Source: an uncultured Clostridia bacterium (GTDB lineage Bacteria; Bacillota; Clostridia; TANB77; CAG-508). Taken from it: a stretch of DNA of 64,000 nucleotides. A model generated the notes under the pieces. It saw only the letters and a program-made list of their open reading frames with translations. It was not told where the DNA came from and made no database searches. This document shows, in pieces, positions 10,101-16,419 of the stretch; position 1 is the first letter of the stretch; every line of letters starts with the position of its first letter. The stretch spans positions 11,926 through 75,925 of the forward strand of contig CAMKBC010000002.1 of assembly GCA_946410665.1 (NCBI GenBank). Reading direction: 5' to 3'. A program made the position numbers and the translations under genes.

Positions 10101-12469
10101 CAACAGTAAAGAATTGTACAATCAAAAATATCGAATTAGTTGATACATGGGAAAATCCACAAGGTGAAGTACCTGTTGGAAATGGATATCAACATTACAG
10201 ACCATTTGGTGGAGTTATATCTGTAGGAAACGGTATTGAAATAGACAATGTTTCAGTAGATGGATTTAAATGCTATGGAAAATATGCTCATATAGGTGCG
10301 ATAGCAGGATATGCTAGTAATGCTTCAATAACGAATTGTACTGTTAAAAATGCAGATATATATAGTGAAAGAAATATTTCAGGATCAAATGGAGCTGTAG
10401 GTGGAATAATAGCAGATGGTTGCTATTTAAAAGAATTTAACAACAACAAGATTAGTGATTCAAAAATTGTTACAACTACACACTTATTAGGCGGAATGAT
10501 AGGTACATTAAGTCCATATGGAAATCTAACTTTAAGTGATTGTGAAGTTGATAATGTAGAGCTTATTCATAAGAATATGAGCCATTTTGTAGAACAGGGA
10601 TATACTGCAAGTGCACCATCAATGGGTGGATTCGTATCTCAAACAAGTTCAAATTGTGAATTTAAGAATATAACAGTTAAGAATAGTACATTGAAAGCAG
10701 AAAATCCATCTGGAATTCCTCTACAAGTAGGTGGTATTTTAGGACATGGCAATTCAACATTAGATAATGTAAATGTAATCAATACAGAAATTGAAAACTT
10801 ATCAGCTAGCTCATGTACTGGTGGACTTGTAGGAATGGGCTTTGGCTTAACAATCAAAGATTCAGCAGTAAAACAAAACAGTAAAGTAAAAGGTAACTGG
10901 CATACAGCTGGTCTAGTTGGATTAGGTGTTATAACAGTTAACGATTCAAAAGTATTAAATACTAATATCGAAACATTAAGTGAAAATGGTGCGTTAGCAG
11001 CTGGTGTTCTAGCTATTGGAAATGAAAGAGATTCACAAGGCGTATTTAGACCATCAACAATTAATGGAGTAGAAATTAAAAACACAAATATCAGTGCACC
11101 AACAGTAAGCAATGCATATTCAAACCATGTAGGTGGTATTGCAGGAACTTACGCAGGAACAATTGAAGATGTTACAATGACAAATGTAGATATTACAACA
11201 GGAGCTCTTGCAGCAGGTGTTGTAGCTGTTCAAGAAAATGTTGGTAGCATTTCAGATGTAGAATTAAATGATGTAAACACAACATCAGCAAATGCTTTAG
11301 CAGGTGGTATTGCAGCTGTATCAAATTCAAATATTTCAGATGCAAAAATATTAAATTCTGAAGTAAAAGGTAAAGATATGACAGGTGGTATTGCAGCAAC
11401 AAATAATGGATCAACAATTGATGAAGTTGAGATAAATAATGTAAAAGTTACTTCTCAAGCATCGCATGCAGGTGGTGTTATAGCTTGCACAACTACAAAA
11501 GTATCAAATGCAATTGTAAAGAATTCAAATATTAAAGCAAATGCTTTAGCAGGTGGTATTACCGGAACAAGTTATTCAAATATTGAATCTGTAGAAATTA
11601 ATGGTACAACAATTAAGTCAACAGTATCACATGCAGGCGGCGTTGCTGGAACATCATATGTATTAATTAAAGATGCAACCGTAAAAGGTTCAACAATTAC
11701 AGGCAATCAATTAGTTGGTGGTATTGTAGGTACTTCAAATGCTGAAATTAATAATGCAAAAGTAGAGGGGTCAACAATTAAATCTGAAGCACTACATGCA
11801 GGTGGTATTGCTGCTTGTACAGTATTCCCTGTAACAGGATCAAAAGTAAAAGATTCAACAATTATTACTTTAAGTGGAACATTTGAATCAGTATCTAACA
11901 TACTTCCTACATGTCTAGGTGGATTAGTTGGAGCTGGAGATACAGATTCAACAACTGGTGAACTAAAACCAGACCTAGCAACATCAACTGTTGAAAATAA
12001 CACATTAACAGGAGCAACAGGAACAGTAGTAGGAAAATATATCGGAGCACCTAAAGCACTTAATGATCAATTAGTAGCAGGTGAAACAACAACTAATCCA
12101 GATACAAATAACACATCTGGAGCACCATTAAATTCAATGGCGCCAACATCATCAAATACACAAGCTTCACCTAAAACAATGTCATTAAATGCACAACCAA
12201 AATCAAGTGAAGATCAAGTAGATGATTCTGATAAAACAACTAATACTGAAACAACTAGTGGCACAAAAGAGGATAAAACAGAAACTGAATCAAATAAAGA
12301 AACAGAAATTGAAAAAGAATCTGAATCTAAAACAGAAGACACTCAAACAAAAGGTGAGAGTGAATCTGATAAAGAAGAAACAACAAGCACAAAAGAAGAT
12401 GACAAAACAGAAGATAAGACAGATTCAACAGACAAAACAGAAGAAAGTGCTACTAAAGGAAATGAATAA
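4163..12469 (+). CDS. Giant secreted surface protein (2768 aa): signal peptide, BspA-type LRR, DUF11, Cna-B-like domain, GLUG-like repeat solenoid, and an acidic K/E/T/S-rich tail
   Basis: Signal peptide MKRKVFILSSIIFILVAALGAMFLVPNKVEA. LRR_5/BspA-type repeats read (I/V)PDSVT.IG..AF..C..L. DUF11 carries DTDSTPGN...QEDDDDF. Cna-B-like segments read TDENGAVDF...EEIDAPSGY. Dozens of GGL(V/I)G GLUG-like units follow. There is no TM or LPXTG at the C-terminus. Confidence 0.85.
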   Translation: MKRKVFILSSIIFILVAALGAMFLVPNKVEADVATDENSITWNFTVSGGNLINLTYNSGTIPADGKVVIPSKLNLNGVEYTVRSLGNTTSTYRSIFYNASSANRNRIKEVVIPDTVTEVKNYAFYNVPNLTNIVFGDGVTSLGYYIFANTSVSEVVLPKNITYLNSTTFAGYNGNKNNTIRKIYINDKLNLSYLSSVVSYTPYVTAWGVREDSEKYVEVDGELYSVDGKTLCLIRPQYTEATYTVGEEVTDIGDYAFYNNRNISTVVLNDNIKTIGNYAFGYCSNLNTIDLPDSLVSIGNDAFISSALTGELKLPENLTNIGREAFYNCSRLTGDLVIPDSVTTMGAYAFRSCSGFNGNLIIGNGLTTIENYAFYGSENFKRITIGSGVERIKDNAFSNLKDFWINRFEGEVYFESNFGGSNSKPFPHYLNGTHRVTIGTSEGIKVVNAETGLEVVSGNYECETSFRYKVVIEPGYNYPDLKIVEINNGEIDNAVSYNYVEGQEYEFSTLLRDRRIYIESIKEGNDLSLRTFVTDVNYTTISKPRIPMAELTKGEFKYVHTKNPVRVENNDDVTFKVRVYNESLSKVSADEITVYIPEGMSFDEENIINQKNGWTLSSEGVVKSTKLAENLIPGYYGNGIISYRDLELLLKVTDSTSEEDLYKTVFAEITRESATDTDSTPGNVTVSQNYMINEILSSNANSAIVSQEDDDDFDTVVLNAKFRVEYAIRINKIDSKTDEVLKGAKFKLTSFGTNELEITENNTRVLKRYNDGETIATATSDENGAVDFGGLVSYGEGENEYLIEEIDAPSGYLTNIGKKMKVRVEKIIIDKEKGTYGVKVFCGSTDYAIDTSTYNFTPVKTAEQLAKIGSGEVVNVDGVDYEYNIDTNYKLIDDIDLSGINWTPIKNEIKGVFDGNGHKIKNLTITSDDILTYSEVGLISTFSGIVENLTFEDPNIHIRTFAENAVSNSGYTGVGCFAGVMRQGGIYNCKTTVTEGTSASITAVADNLGGMVGHTTPDGLVTVIDCENNIEIIGQEEEIAGELLKNKNVGGLIGCALGSISVQDSVNNGHLIAKEYNAGGLVGFVNPSDYREMLLSAGYDEDNKRIDLLVENEAAEGQYNLTLEIRDRKTQALIGGATYEIDKVEDMVMTQLLDTGSLKLFDKVIEYTGRDVYFLTEDETIEGYSRLNGIIKVVIERYWDTTAQEYKVRAEATIVSHKEYEEFAEQRETNNADVKGQEFDRGSVFTDANIVNANWYGKKADFINNTNNGLVQSNYMNAAGILGTSYGLVEFENNTNNGTIVSNTKAAGMIAELRTVNGRDGWDDVQYNTQDTTANSKFTECTNNGEIYTIGQSWQDLGNAGGLVSEIRGYAIIEKATNNGKITSSGKRQVGGILGQASGGIEIKESVNKGEIIAVSSESDVDNLAGGIMGQLRCVSDYCEKTPFKNNYIRISKCKNYANVMSSGATSGILSEASGNEVTITDCEVKGTEENKLNISMTQDGACAGVLALEGCKYTNIKNNIVENCKIEVLSFAGYDTYDSCAGILANVDYNSNVAGLTPKSGENTSIESIIVNNNIVRNCSIIDRNKECGGIVATTNVYDTNCLTSINNCLVKDTEILNYNYQNSTYNISGGIFAGGGYGNGKVEINYCLVDNTRIIKSNPGGGPGPGQSTIGGIFGRGNRIKGIKIENCDFKDSYIYDNALDSTSGSPGGIFGTCYSMYGDLVIRGCNLINSTIREYGQNVGGFIGGVEDVNGTVIVEDCEAIETNISREILGDYRTVYNDVGYVVGFIMDADAIRFKNINIIGKDLPKGSEGRTTIYSDGANIGAVLGCVMITPKFEAENITVKNIDIVNTVGEHGFPDLDAAQIGGFAGLMMCTTHSIDGFTLDNCDVRGNKVFNAGGITSTMFGSNNVIKNINIKDSYITTNLNLDDGVSTYGHAAGLIGEQIYSASYENCNVENCKISSGCVGASGMISCNHGNTTVKNCTIKNIELVDTWENPQGEVPVGNGYQHYRPFGGVISVGNGIEIDNVSVDGFKCYGKYAHIGAIAGYASNASITNCTVKNADIYSERNISGSNGAVGGIIADGCYLKEFNNNKISDSKIVTTTHLLGGMIGTLSPYGNLTLSDCEVDNVELIHKNMSHFVEQGYTASAPSMGGFVSQTSSNCEFKNITVKNSTLKAENPSGIPLQVGGILGHGNSTLDNVNVINTEIENLSASSCTGGLVGMGFGLTIKDSAVKQNSKVKGNWHTAGLVGLGVITVNDSKVLNTNIETLSENGALAAGVLAIGNERDSQGVFRPSTINGVEIKNTNISAPTVSNAYSNHVGGIAGTYAGTIEDVTMTNVDITTGALAAGVVAVQENVGSISDVELNDVNTTSANALAGGIAAVSNSNISDAKILNSEVKGKDMTGGIAATNNGSTIDEVEINNVKVTSQASHAGGVIACTTTKVSNAIVKNSNIKANALAGGITGTSYSNIESVEINGTTIKSTVSHAGGVAGTSYVLIKDATVKGSTITGNQLVGGIVGTSNAEINNAKVEGSTIKSEALHAGGIAACTVFPVTGSKVKDSTIITLSGTFESVSNILPTCLGGLVGAGDTDSTTGELKPDLATSTVENNTLTGATGTVVGKYIGAPKALNDQLVAGETTTNPDTNNTSGAPLNSMAPTSSNTQASPKTMSLNAQPKSSEDQVDDSDKTTNTETTSGTKEDKTETESNKETEIEKESESKTEDTQTKGESESDKEETTSTKEDDKTEDKTDSTDKTEESATKGNE
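4380..5400 (+). repeat. BspA-type leucine-rich repeat block (about 12 repeats)
   Basis: Repeating units include VVIPDTVTEVKNYAFYNVPNLTNIVF, IDLPDSLVSIGNDAFISSALTGELKLP and LVIPDSVTTMGAYAFRSC. Confidence 0.7.
5830..6310 (+). other. DUF11 (conserved repeat domain) within the 2768-aa protein
   Basis: FKVRVYNES...VYIPEGM...DTDSTPGN....SQEDDDDFDTV matches the D.DS.P.N / EDD signature typical of DUF11. Confidence 0.55.
7290..12070 (+). repeat. GLUG-like motif region, including Cna-B-like inserts
   Basis: Recurrent NVGGLIGCA, AGGLVGFV, AGGLVSEIRG, VGGILGQASGG, AGGIMGQL, IGGIFGRGN and similar units occur at roughly 25-30 aa spacing. Confidence 0.65.
11100..11840 (+). repeat. Tandem periodic repeats of about 22 aa, the same family as at 1149..2199
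   Basis: TGALAAGVVAVQENVGSISDVELNDVN / TSANALAGGIAAVSNSNISDAKILNSEVKGKD / MTGGIAATNNGSTIDEVEINNVKVTSQAS / HAGGVIACTTTKVSNAIVKNSNIKA and further copies. Confidence 0.65.
11906..12085 (+). repeat. DNA-level duplicate of 2228..2393, the C-terminal cap module shared by two giant genes
   Basis: gttgaaaa(t/c)aacacattaacaggagcaacaggaaca matches at 35 of 36 nt between copies, and the flanks are also similar. Confidence 0.7.
12080..12469 (+). other. Low-complexity acidic, Lys- and Thr-rich C-terminal tail. It contains no hydrophobic anchor.
   Basis: The tail reads TTTNPDTNNTSG...KTETESNKETEIEKESESKTEDTQTKGESESDKEETTSTKEDDKTEDKTDSTDKTEESATKGNE*. Confidence 0.7.
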
Positions 12470-12492
12470 TTAGACGTTTAATATAATAAATG

Positions 12493-12523
12493 AAGCGGAG
12501 AGTAAAATCTCCGCTTTATTTTT
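12493..12523 (+). terminator. Rho-independent terminator
   Basis: The stem gcggaga/tctccgc has loop gtaaaa and is followed by tttattttt. Confidence 0.65.
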
Positions 12524-12585
12524 GTGATGCGATTTTTTATCAATAAAATGTTTAAAATTAAAAGTCGTTATATTATAATAAGCAC

Positions 12586-13287
12586 ATGATGAAAACAAAG
12601 CGAGAAAAAAATAAAAAATCTAAGAGATTTATATCGTTTATATTCATCATCTTATTACTCACGACAATAGTCGTAGCGGCGATTTTTATAGGTGATAATA
12701 TGAATATAGTGGGACTAAATAAAGAAGCCTCAGATTATCTAGAAGAACTAGAAAGATTGAACGTAAGTTTAGATGATGAAGATAATAATAGTATTAATAC
12801 TCTCGAAATAAACGCTTCTGCGGAGGCAAATGAGATTGTTGAAGAAAAGGAATCTCCACGAGGAATAGCCTCAGAAAGTAGAGTATACAAAGGCTATACA
12901 GTAGCGGGAAAGATTGAAATGCCTTCAGTAAATTTAAGATACCCAGTATTAGATACAATGACTAATGCAAATGCACTTGAGGTTTCAGTATGTATTCAAT
13001 ATGGAGTACCATTAAATACTGTAGGAAACACAGTCATCATAGGTCACAATTATAAAAATGGATTGTTCTTTGGAAGCAACAAGAACATGAAAAACGGAGA
13101 TCAAATTCACATTACAAACTATGCAACAGGTGTAAAAAAGACATACAGTATTTACAGCATTTATCAAACAGAAGAATCTGATACATCTTTTTACAACCGT
13201 GACACGGGTGGAAAGAGCGAGATTACATTAATAACCTGTCAAAACAATAATAAATACAGATTAGTAATTAAAGCTAAAGAAATATAA
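12586..13287 (+). CDS. Sortase (233 aa). Its size and the NPQTN-like substrates nearby suggest class B.
   Basis: A basic N-terminal stretch precedes a TM anchor. Catalytic His sits in VIIGHNY, catalytic Cys in ITLITCQ, and the conserved Arg in YRLV. Confidence 0.85.
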   Translation: MMKTKREKNKKSKRFISFIFIILLLTTIVVAAIFIGDNMNIVGLNKEASDYLEELERLNVSLDDEDNNSINTLEINASAEANEIVEEKESPRGIASESRVYKGYTVAGKIEMPSVNLRYPVLDTMTNANALEVSVCIQYGVPLNTVGNTVIIGHNYKNGLFFGSNKNMKNGDQIHITNYATGVKKTYSIYSIYQTEESDTSFYNRDTGGKSEITLITCQNNNKYRLVIKAKEI

Positions 13288-13312
13288 AAAACGCAAAAGA
13301 ATAGAGGAAAAA

Positions 13313-14953
13313 ATGAAATTTTTAAAAGAATTGTTATACTCATTTACAATAATACTTACAATTGCTTACATAGTGTTTAGAATTGGCTTCACACTACCAG
13401 TAACAATTGGTCCAGTAGCAGTTATATTTTCAGTAATAGTACTACTCTTGGAAATTTGGGATGCAATTGATTTTACAGTATATTATATGAATATCTTAGG
13501 AGTAGATCGCAAAAACAAAGCCCTACCTAAGATTAAAGACGAAGACTATCCAGATGTAGATGTTTTTGTAGCAACAATTAACGAGAACGAAAAAGTTTTA
13601 GCAACAACAATTGAAGCTTGCAAAAATATGAAATATCCAGATAAAAAGAAAGTTCATATTTATATTTGTGATGATGGAAACAGAAAGAACATCAAAGAAC
13701 TTACAGAAAAATTAGAAGTAAATTATATTACTAGATTATCAAACAAAGATGCAAAAGCAGGAAACTACAATAACGCATTAAAAAAGACCAAGTCACCATA
13801 TATTGCAACATTTGATGCAGACATGATTCCTACTGAAGACTTCTTAATGAAAACAATTCCTTATTTCTTAGGAGAAGATAAAAAGGTTGGATTTGTACAA
13901 CTTCCACAGAGTTTCAAAAATCCAGATATCTTCCAATTACGTTTCAAATTGGCTGATAAAATTCCTTTCGAGCAAGATTATTTTTATCGTCAAATTCAAT
14001 TATCAAAAAATGATATTAACACAGCAATAAATTGCGGAACTAACTTAGTTCTTTCAAGAGAAGCATTAAATAGCATTGATGGTTTCGCAAGAAATACAAT
14101 AACAGAAGATATTGCAACTGGTATGTTAATGGAAAATGCAGGATATACAGGTATTGCAATTGACGAAGTTGGAGCTCATGGAAACAATGTTAACGATGTA
14201 ACATCATTCATTAAACAACGTTCAAGATGGGCAAGAGGATGTATCCAAGTTGCAAAGAACTATAAGATTTCAAAGCAAAGAGGATTATCATTTAGACAAA
14301 AGTTGGAATACAAATCATGTATTTCATATTGGTTTTACGGAATTAGAAGAATGCTTTATATGTTGGCACCATTACTATTCACAGTATTCGGAGTAATTAT
14401 CATCGACTGTGATTTAAGAATATTCTTAGCAGTATGGCTTCCAGCATATTTAATAAAGAGATTCTTAATTGACTTAACAGAAGGACATCATCGTTCATCT
14501 ACATGGAACAAAATTTACGAAACAATATTAACACCAGTACTTTGCAAGGAAGTATTAAAAGAACTATTAGGCTTCGGAAGCACAAAATTCGAAGTTACAC
14601 CAAAGTATTCAGTAAATAAAAAGATGACAAGAACACATAAGAAATTATTTGTTTCACATTTTATTTTATTAGCAATCAGTATTGCAGCTTTGGTATACAG
14701 TATAATTCGTGGACAAGGTGCATTCTACTTTGATTCATACTTCAATAGCATGACGTTCAACTTATCATTGATTTGGTTAGCATCAAATATATTCTACTTA
14801 ACATGTGCTGTAATATTTGATTTAAGTAATAGAACAAAGATACCAGAAGACTTTGTTCCTAACAAATTAGAAAAATACAAAAGATCTTCTATACCATTTA
14901 TCTTTATAAATATTTTTAGAAGAGATAAAAAAGAAGCAAAAGAAACTAAATAA
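13313..14953 (+). CDS. Processive family-2 glycosyltransferase, cellulose-synthase-like (BcsA/CcsA-like core with no PilZ domain)
   Basis: Motifs present are DVFVATINE, ICDDG, KDAKAGNYNNAL (HAKAGN-like), FDADM, QLPQSF (QTP-like), TED and QRSRWARG (Q.xRW). Multiple TM segments are present. Confidence 0.85.
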   Translation: MKFLKELLYSFTIILTIAYIVFRIGFTLPVTIGPVAVIFSVIVLLLEIWDAIDFTVYYMNILGVDRKNKALPKIKDEDYPDVDVFVATINENEKVLATTIEACKNMKYPDKKKVHIYICDDGNRKNIKELTEKLEVNYITRLSNKDAKAGNYNNALKKTKSPYIATFDADMIPTEDFLMKTIPYFLGEDKKVGFVQLPQSFKNPDIFQLRFKLADKIPFEQDYFYRQIQLSKNDINTAINCGTNLVLSREALNSIDGFARNTITEDIATGMLMENAGYTGIAIDEVGAHGNNVNDVTSFIKQRSRWARGCIQVAKNYKISKQRGLSFRQKLEYKSCISYWFYGIRRMLYMLAPLLFTVFGVIIIDCDLRIFLAVWLPAYLIKRFLIDLTEGHHRSSTWNKIYETILTPVLCKEVLKELLGFGSTKFEVTPKYSVNKKMTRTHKKLFVSHFILLAISIAALVYSIIRGQGAFYFDSYFNSMTFNLSLIWLASNIFYLTCAVIFDLSNRTKIPEDFVPNKLEKYKRSSIPFIFINIFRRDKKEAKETK

Positions 14954-14960
14954 AAAGGGA

Positions 14961-16286
14961 GTGATTAAAATAAGAAACAAGATTTTGGCACTTGTAATTG
15001 TTGCATTCATCATTACATTAGTTACAGCAGTAGCAATAAAAATGAATAATGACAACAATAAGCAAGCAAATGTAAATGAAACAAACGAAACAAATACAAT
15101 CGAGCAACCAACAGAGAACAATACTAACTGGCTTAGAGTTAATGGTTCAAAAATTGAAGACTACAAAGGCAATGTAGTTCAATTAAAAGGTTTAAGTAGC
15201 CATTCTGTTATAGATTTTTCAGAAGTAGTAACATATGAAAATCTTAAGAAACTTAAAGAAGGCTGGGGCATAAACTGTTTTAGAATCGCAATGTATACAG
15301 ATCCAAATGTTAATGGATATGTTTTAACAAAAGACAAGAACAAGGAAAACGCAATCAAGATAATTGACATGTGCGAACAACTTGGAATATATGCTGTTAT
15401 GGATTGGCATACATTAAATGATGGAAATCCTCAAACATATCAAACAGAAGCAATCGAGTTCTTTAATGAAATATCAGAAAAGTACAAAGAGAATCCTTTC
15501 TTAATATATGAAATTTGCAACGAACCCAATAATTGCGCATGGGGAGAAAATGTAAAACCATATGCAGAAGAAGTGATAAAAACAATTAGAAAGAATTCGC
15601 CCAAAGCAATGATTTGGGTAGGCGTACCAGGATGGGGTAAAAGCATCGGAGATGCAAAAGAAAGCCCTATAGAAGTTGAAAACATAGCATATACATTCCA
15701 TTTTTATGCCGGATCAATGGCAGATGATTATAGAAGAGCTGTAGATAAGTGCTTAGAAGCTAATCTTCCAATAGTTGTTTCAGAGTGTGGAATAACTGAC
15801 CTAACAGGAAATGGAGATATATACAAAGAAGAATTTGCAAAATGGGTAGATTACCTAAATTCACACAGTATTAGCTGGATATTCTGGCAATTTAGTAACA
15901 AGGAAGAAAGTTCATCTATTCTAACAAAAGAATACGAAGTTAGAAAGAAAGTGTTCGGAGTACCTGCAAATACAGAAGAAAATAGCACTGAAGATAATGC
16001 GGCAGAGCCTCAAGAAGTATGGATTGAAACAAATTATGACATCAATAACTTCCTAACAGAGACAGGAAAATATGTTAAGGAGATGCTATCAAGAGAAGCA
16101 CCACTAACACCAATAACAATACCAGATACAAACGAGACTAATATAACGAATACAACAGAAAATATAGTAAATGGAGTTGATGCAAACAGCACTAGTAACG
16201 TAATAAATAGTGTAAACGCTGAAAACACAGCAAATTCGGTAGAAAGTGACCTATTTAAACAACTTCAAGACTTATTAAATCAATAA
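14961..16286 (+). CDS. Glycoside hydrolase family 5 endo-beta-glucanase with an N-terminal signal anchor and a C-terminal Asn/Thr-rich tail
   Basis: The GH5 NEP acid/base motif is IYEICNEPNN and the nucleophile region is IVVSECGI. The start is GTG, lying 7 nt after the GT2 stop. Confidence 0.85.
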   Translation: MIKIRNKILALVIVAFIITLVTAVAIKMNNDNNKQANVNETNETNTIEQPTENNTNWLRVNGSKIEDYKGNVVQLKGLSSHSVIDFSEVVTYENLKKLKEGWGINCFRIAMYTDPNVNGYVLTKDKNKENAIKIIDMCEQLGIYAVMDWHTLNDGNPQTYQTEAIEFFNEISEKYKENPFLIYEICNEPNNCAWGENVKPYAEEVIKTIRKNSPKAMIWVGVPGWGKSIGDAKESPIEVENIAYTFHFYAGSMADDYRRAVDKCLEANLPIVVSECGITDLTGNGDIYKEEFAKWVDYLNSHSISWIFWQFSNKEESSSILTKEYEVRKKVFGVPANTEENSTEDNAAEPQEVWIETNYDINNFLTETGKYVKEMLSREAPLTPITIPDTNETNITNTTENIVNGVDANSTSNVINSVNAENTANSVESDLFKQLQDLLNQ

Positions 16287-16293
16287 AAATTAA

Positions 16294-16335
16294 AACAGCA
16301 AAACGATTTTATGTAAATCTTTTGCTGTTTTTTAT
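16294..16335 (+). terminator. Rho-independent terminator ending the sortase-GT2-GH5 operon
   Basis: The stem aacagcaaaa/ttttgctgtt has a 16-nt loop and is followed by tttt. Confidence 0.6.
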
Positions 16336-16419
16336 TATTTTGGTTGTGTTTAGGGTAAAAATTTGATAGAATAGGGGCACGATAATAGACTGTTATAGAT
16401 TATTTTTAGGGGTAGATGG

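Noticed and set aside
1149-12070. Highly periodic repeat arrays checked as a possible CRISPR, or as an IgA1-protease/ZmpB-type GLUG metalloprotease
   Set aside because: The repeats are in-frame protein repeats of 66-90 nt with degenerate DNA identity, not 28-37-nt direct repeats with unique spacers. No HExxH zinc-metalloprotease motif was found in any of the giant proteins.
12222-12473. An 83-aa K/Q-rich + strand ORF overlapping the tail of the 2768-aa gene
   Set aside because: It is an alternate-frame reading of the AAR/GAR-rich acidic tail, has no RBS, and is a frame artefact. The same applies to 59219..59458 inside the KAT-repeat gene and 19087..19275 inside the WG-repeat gene.
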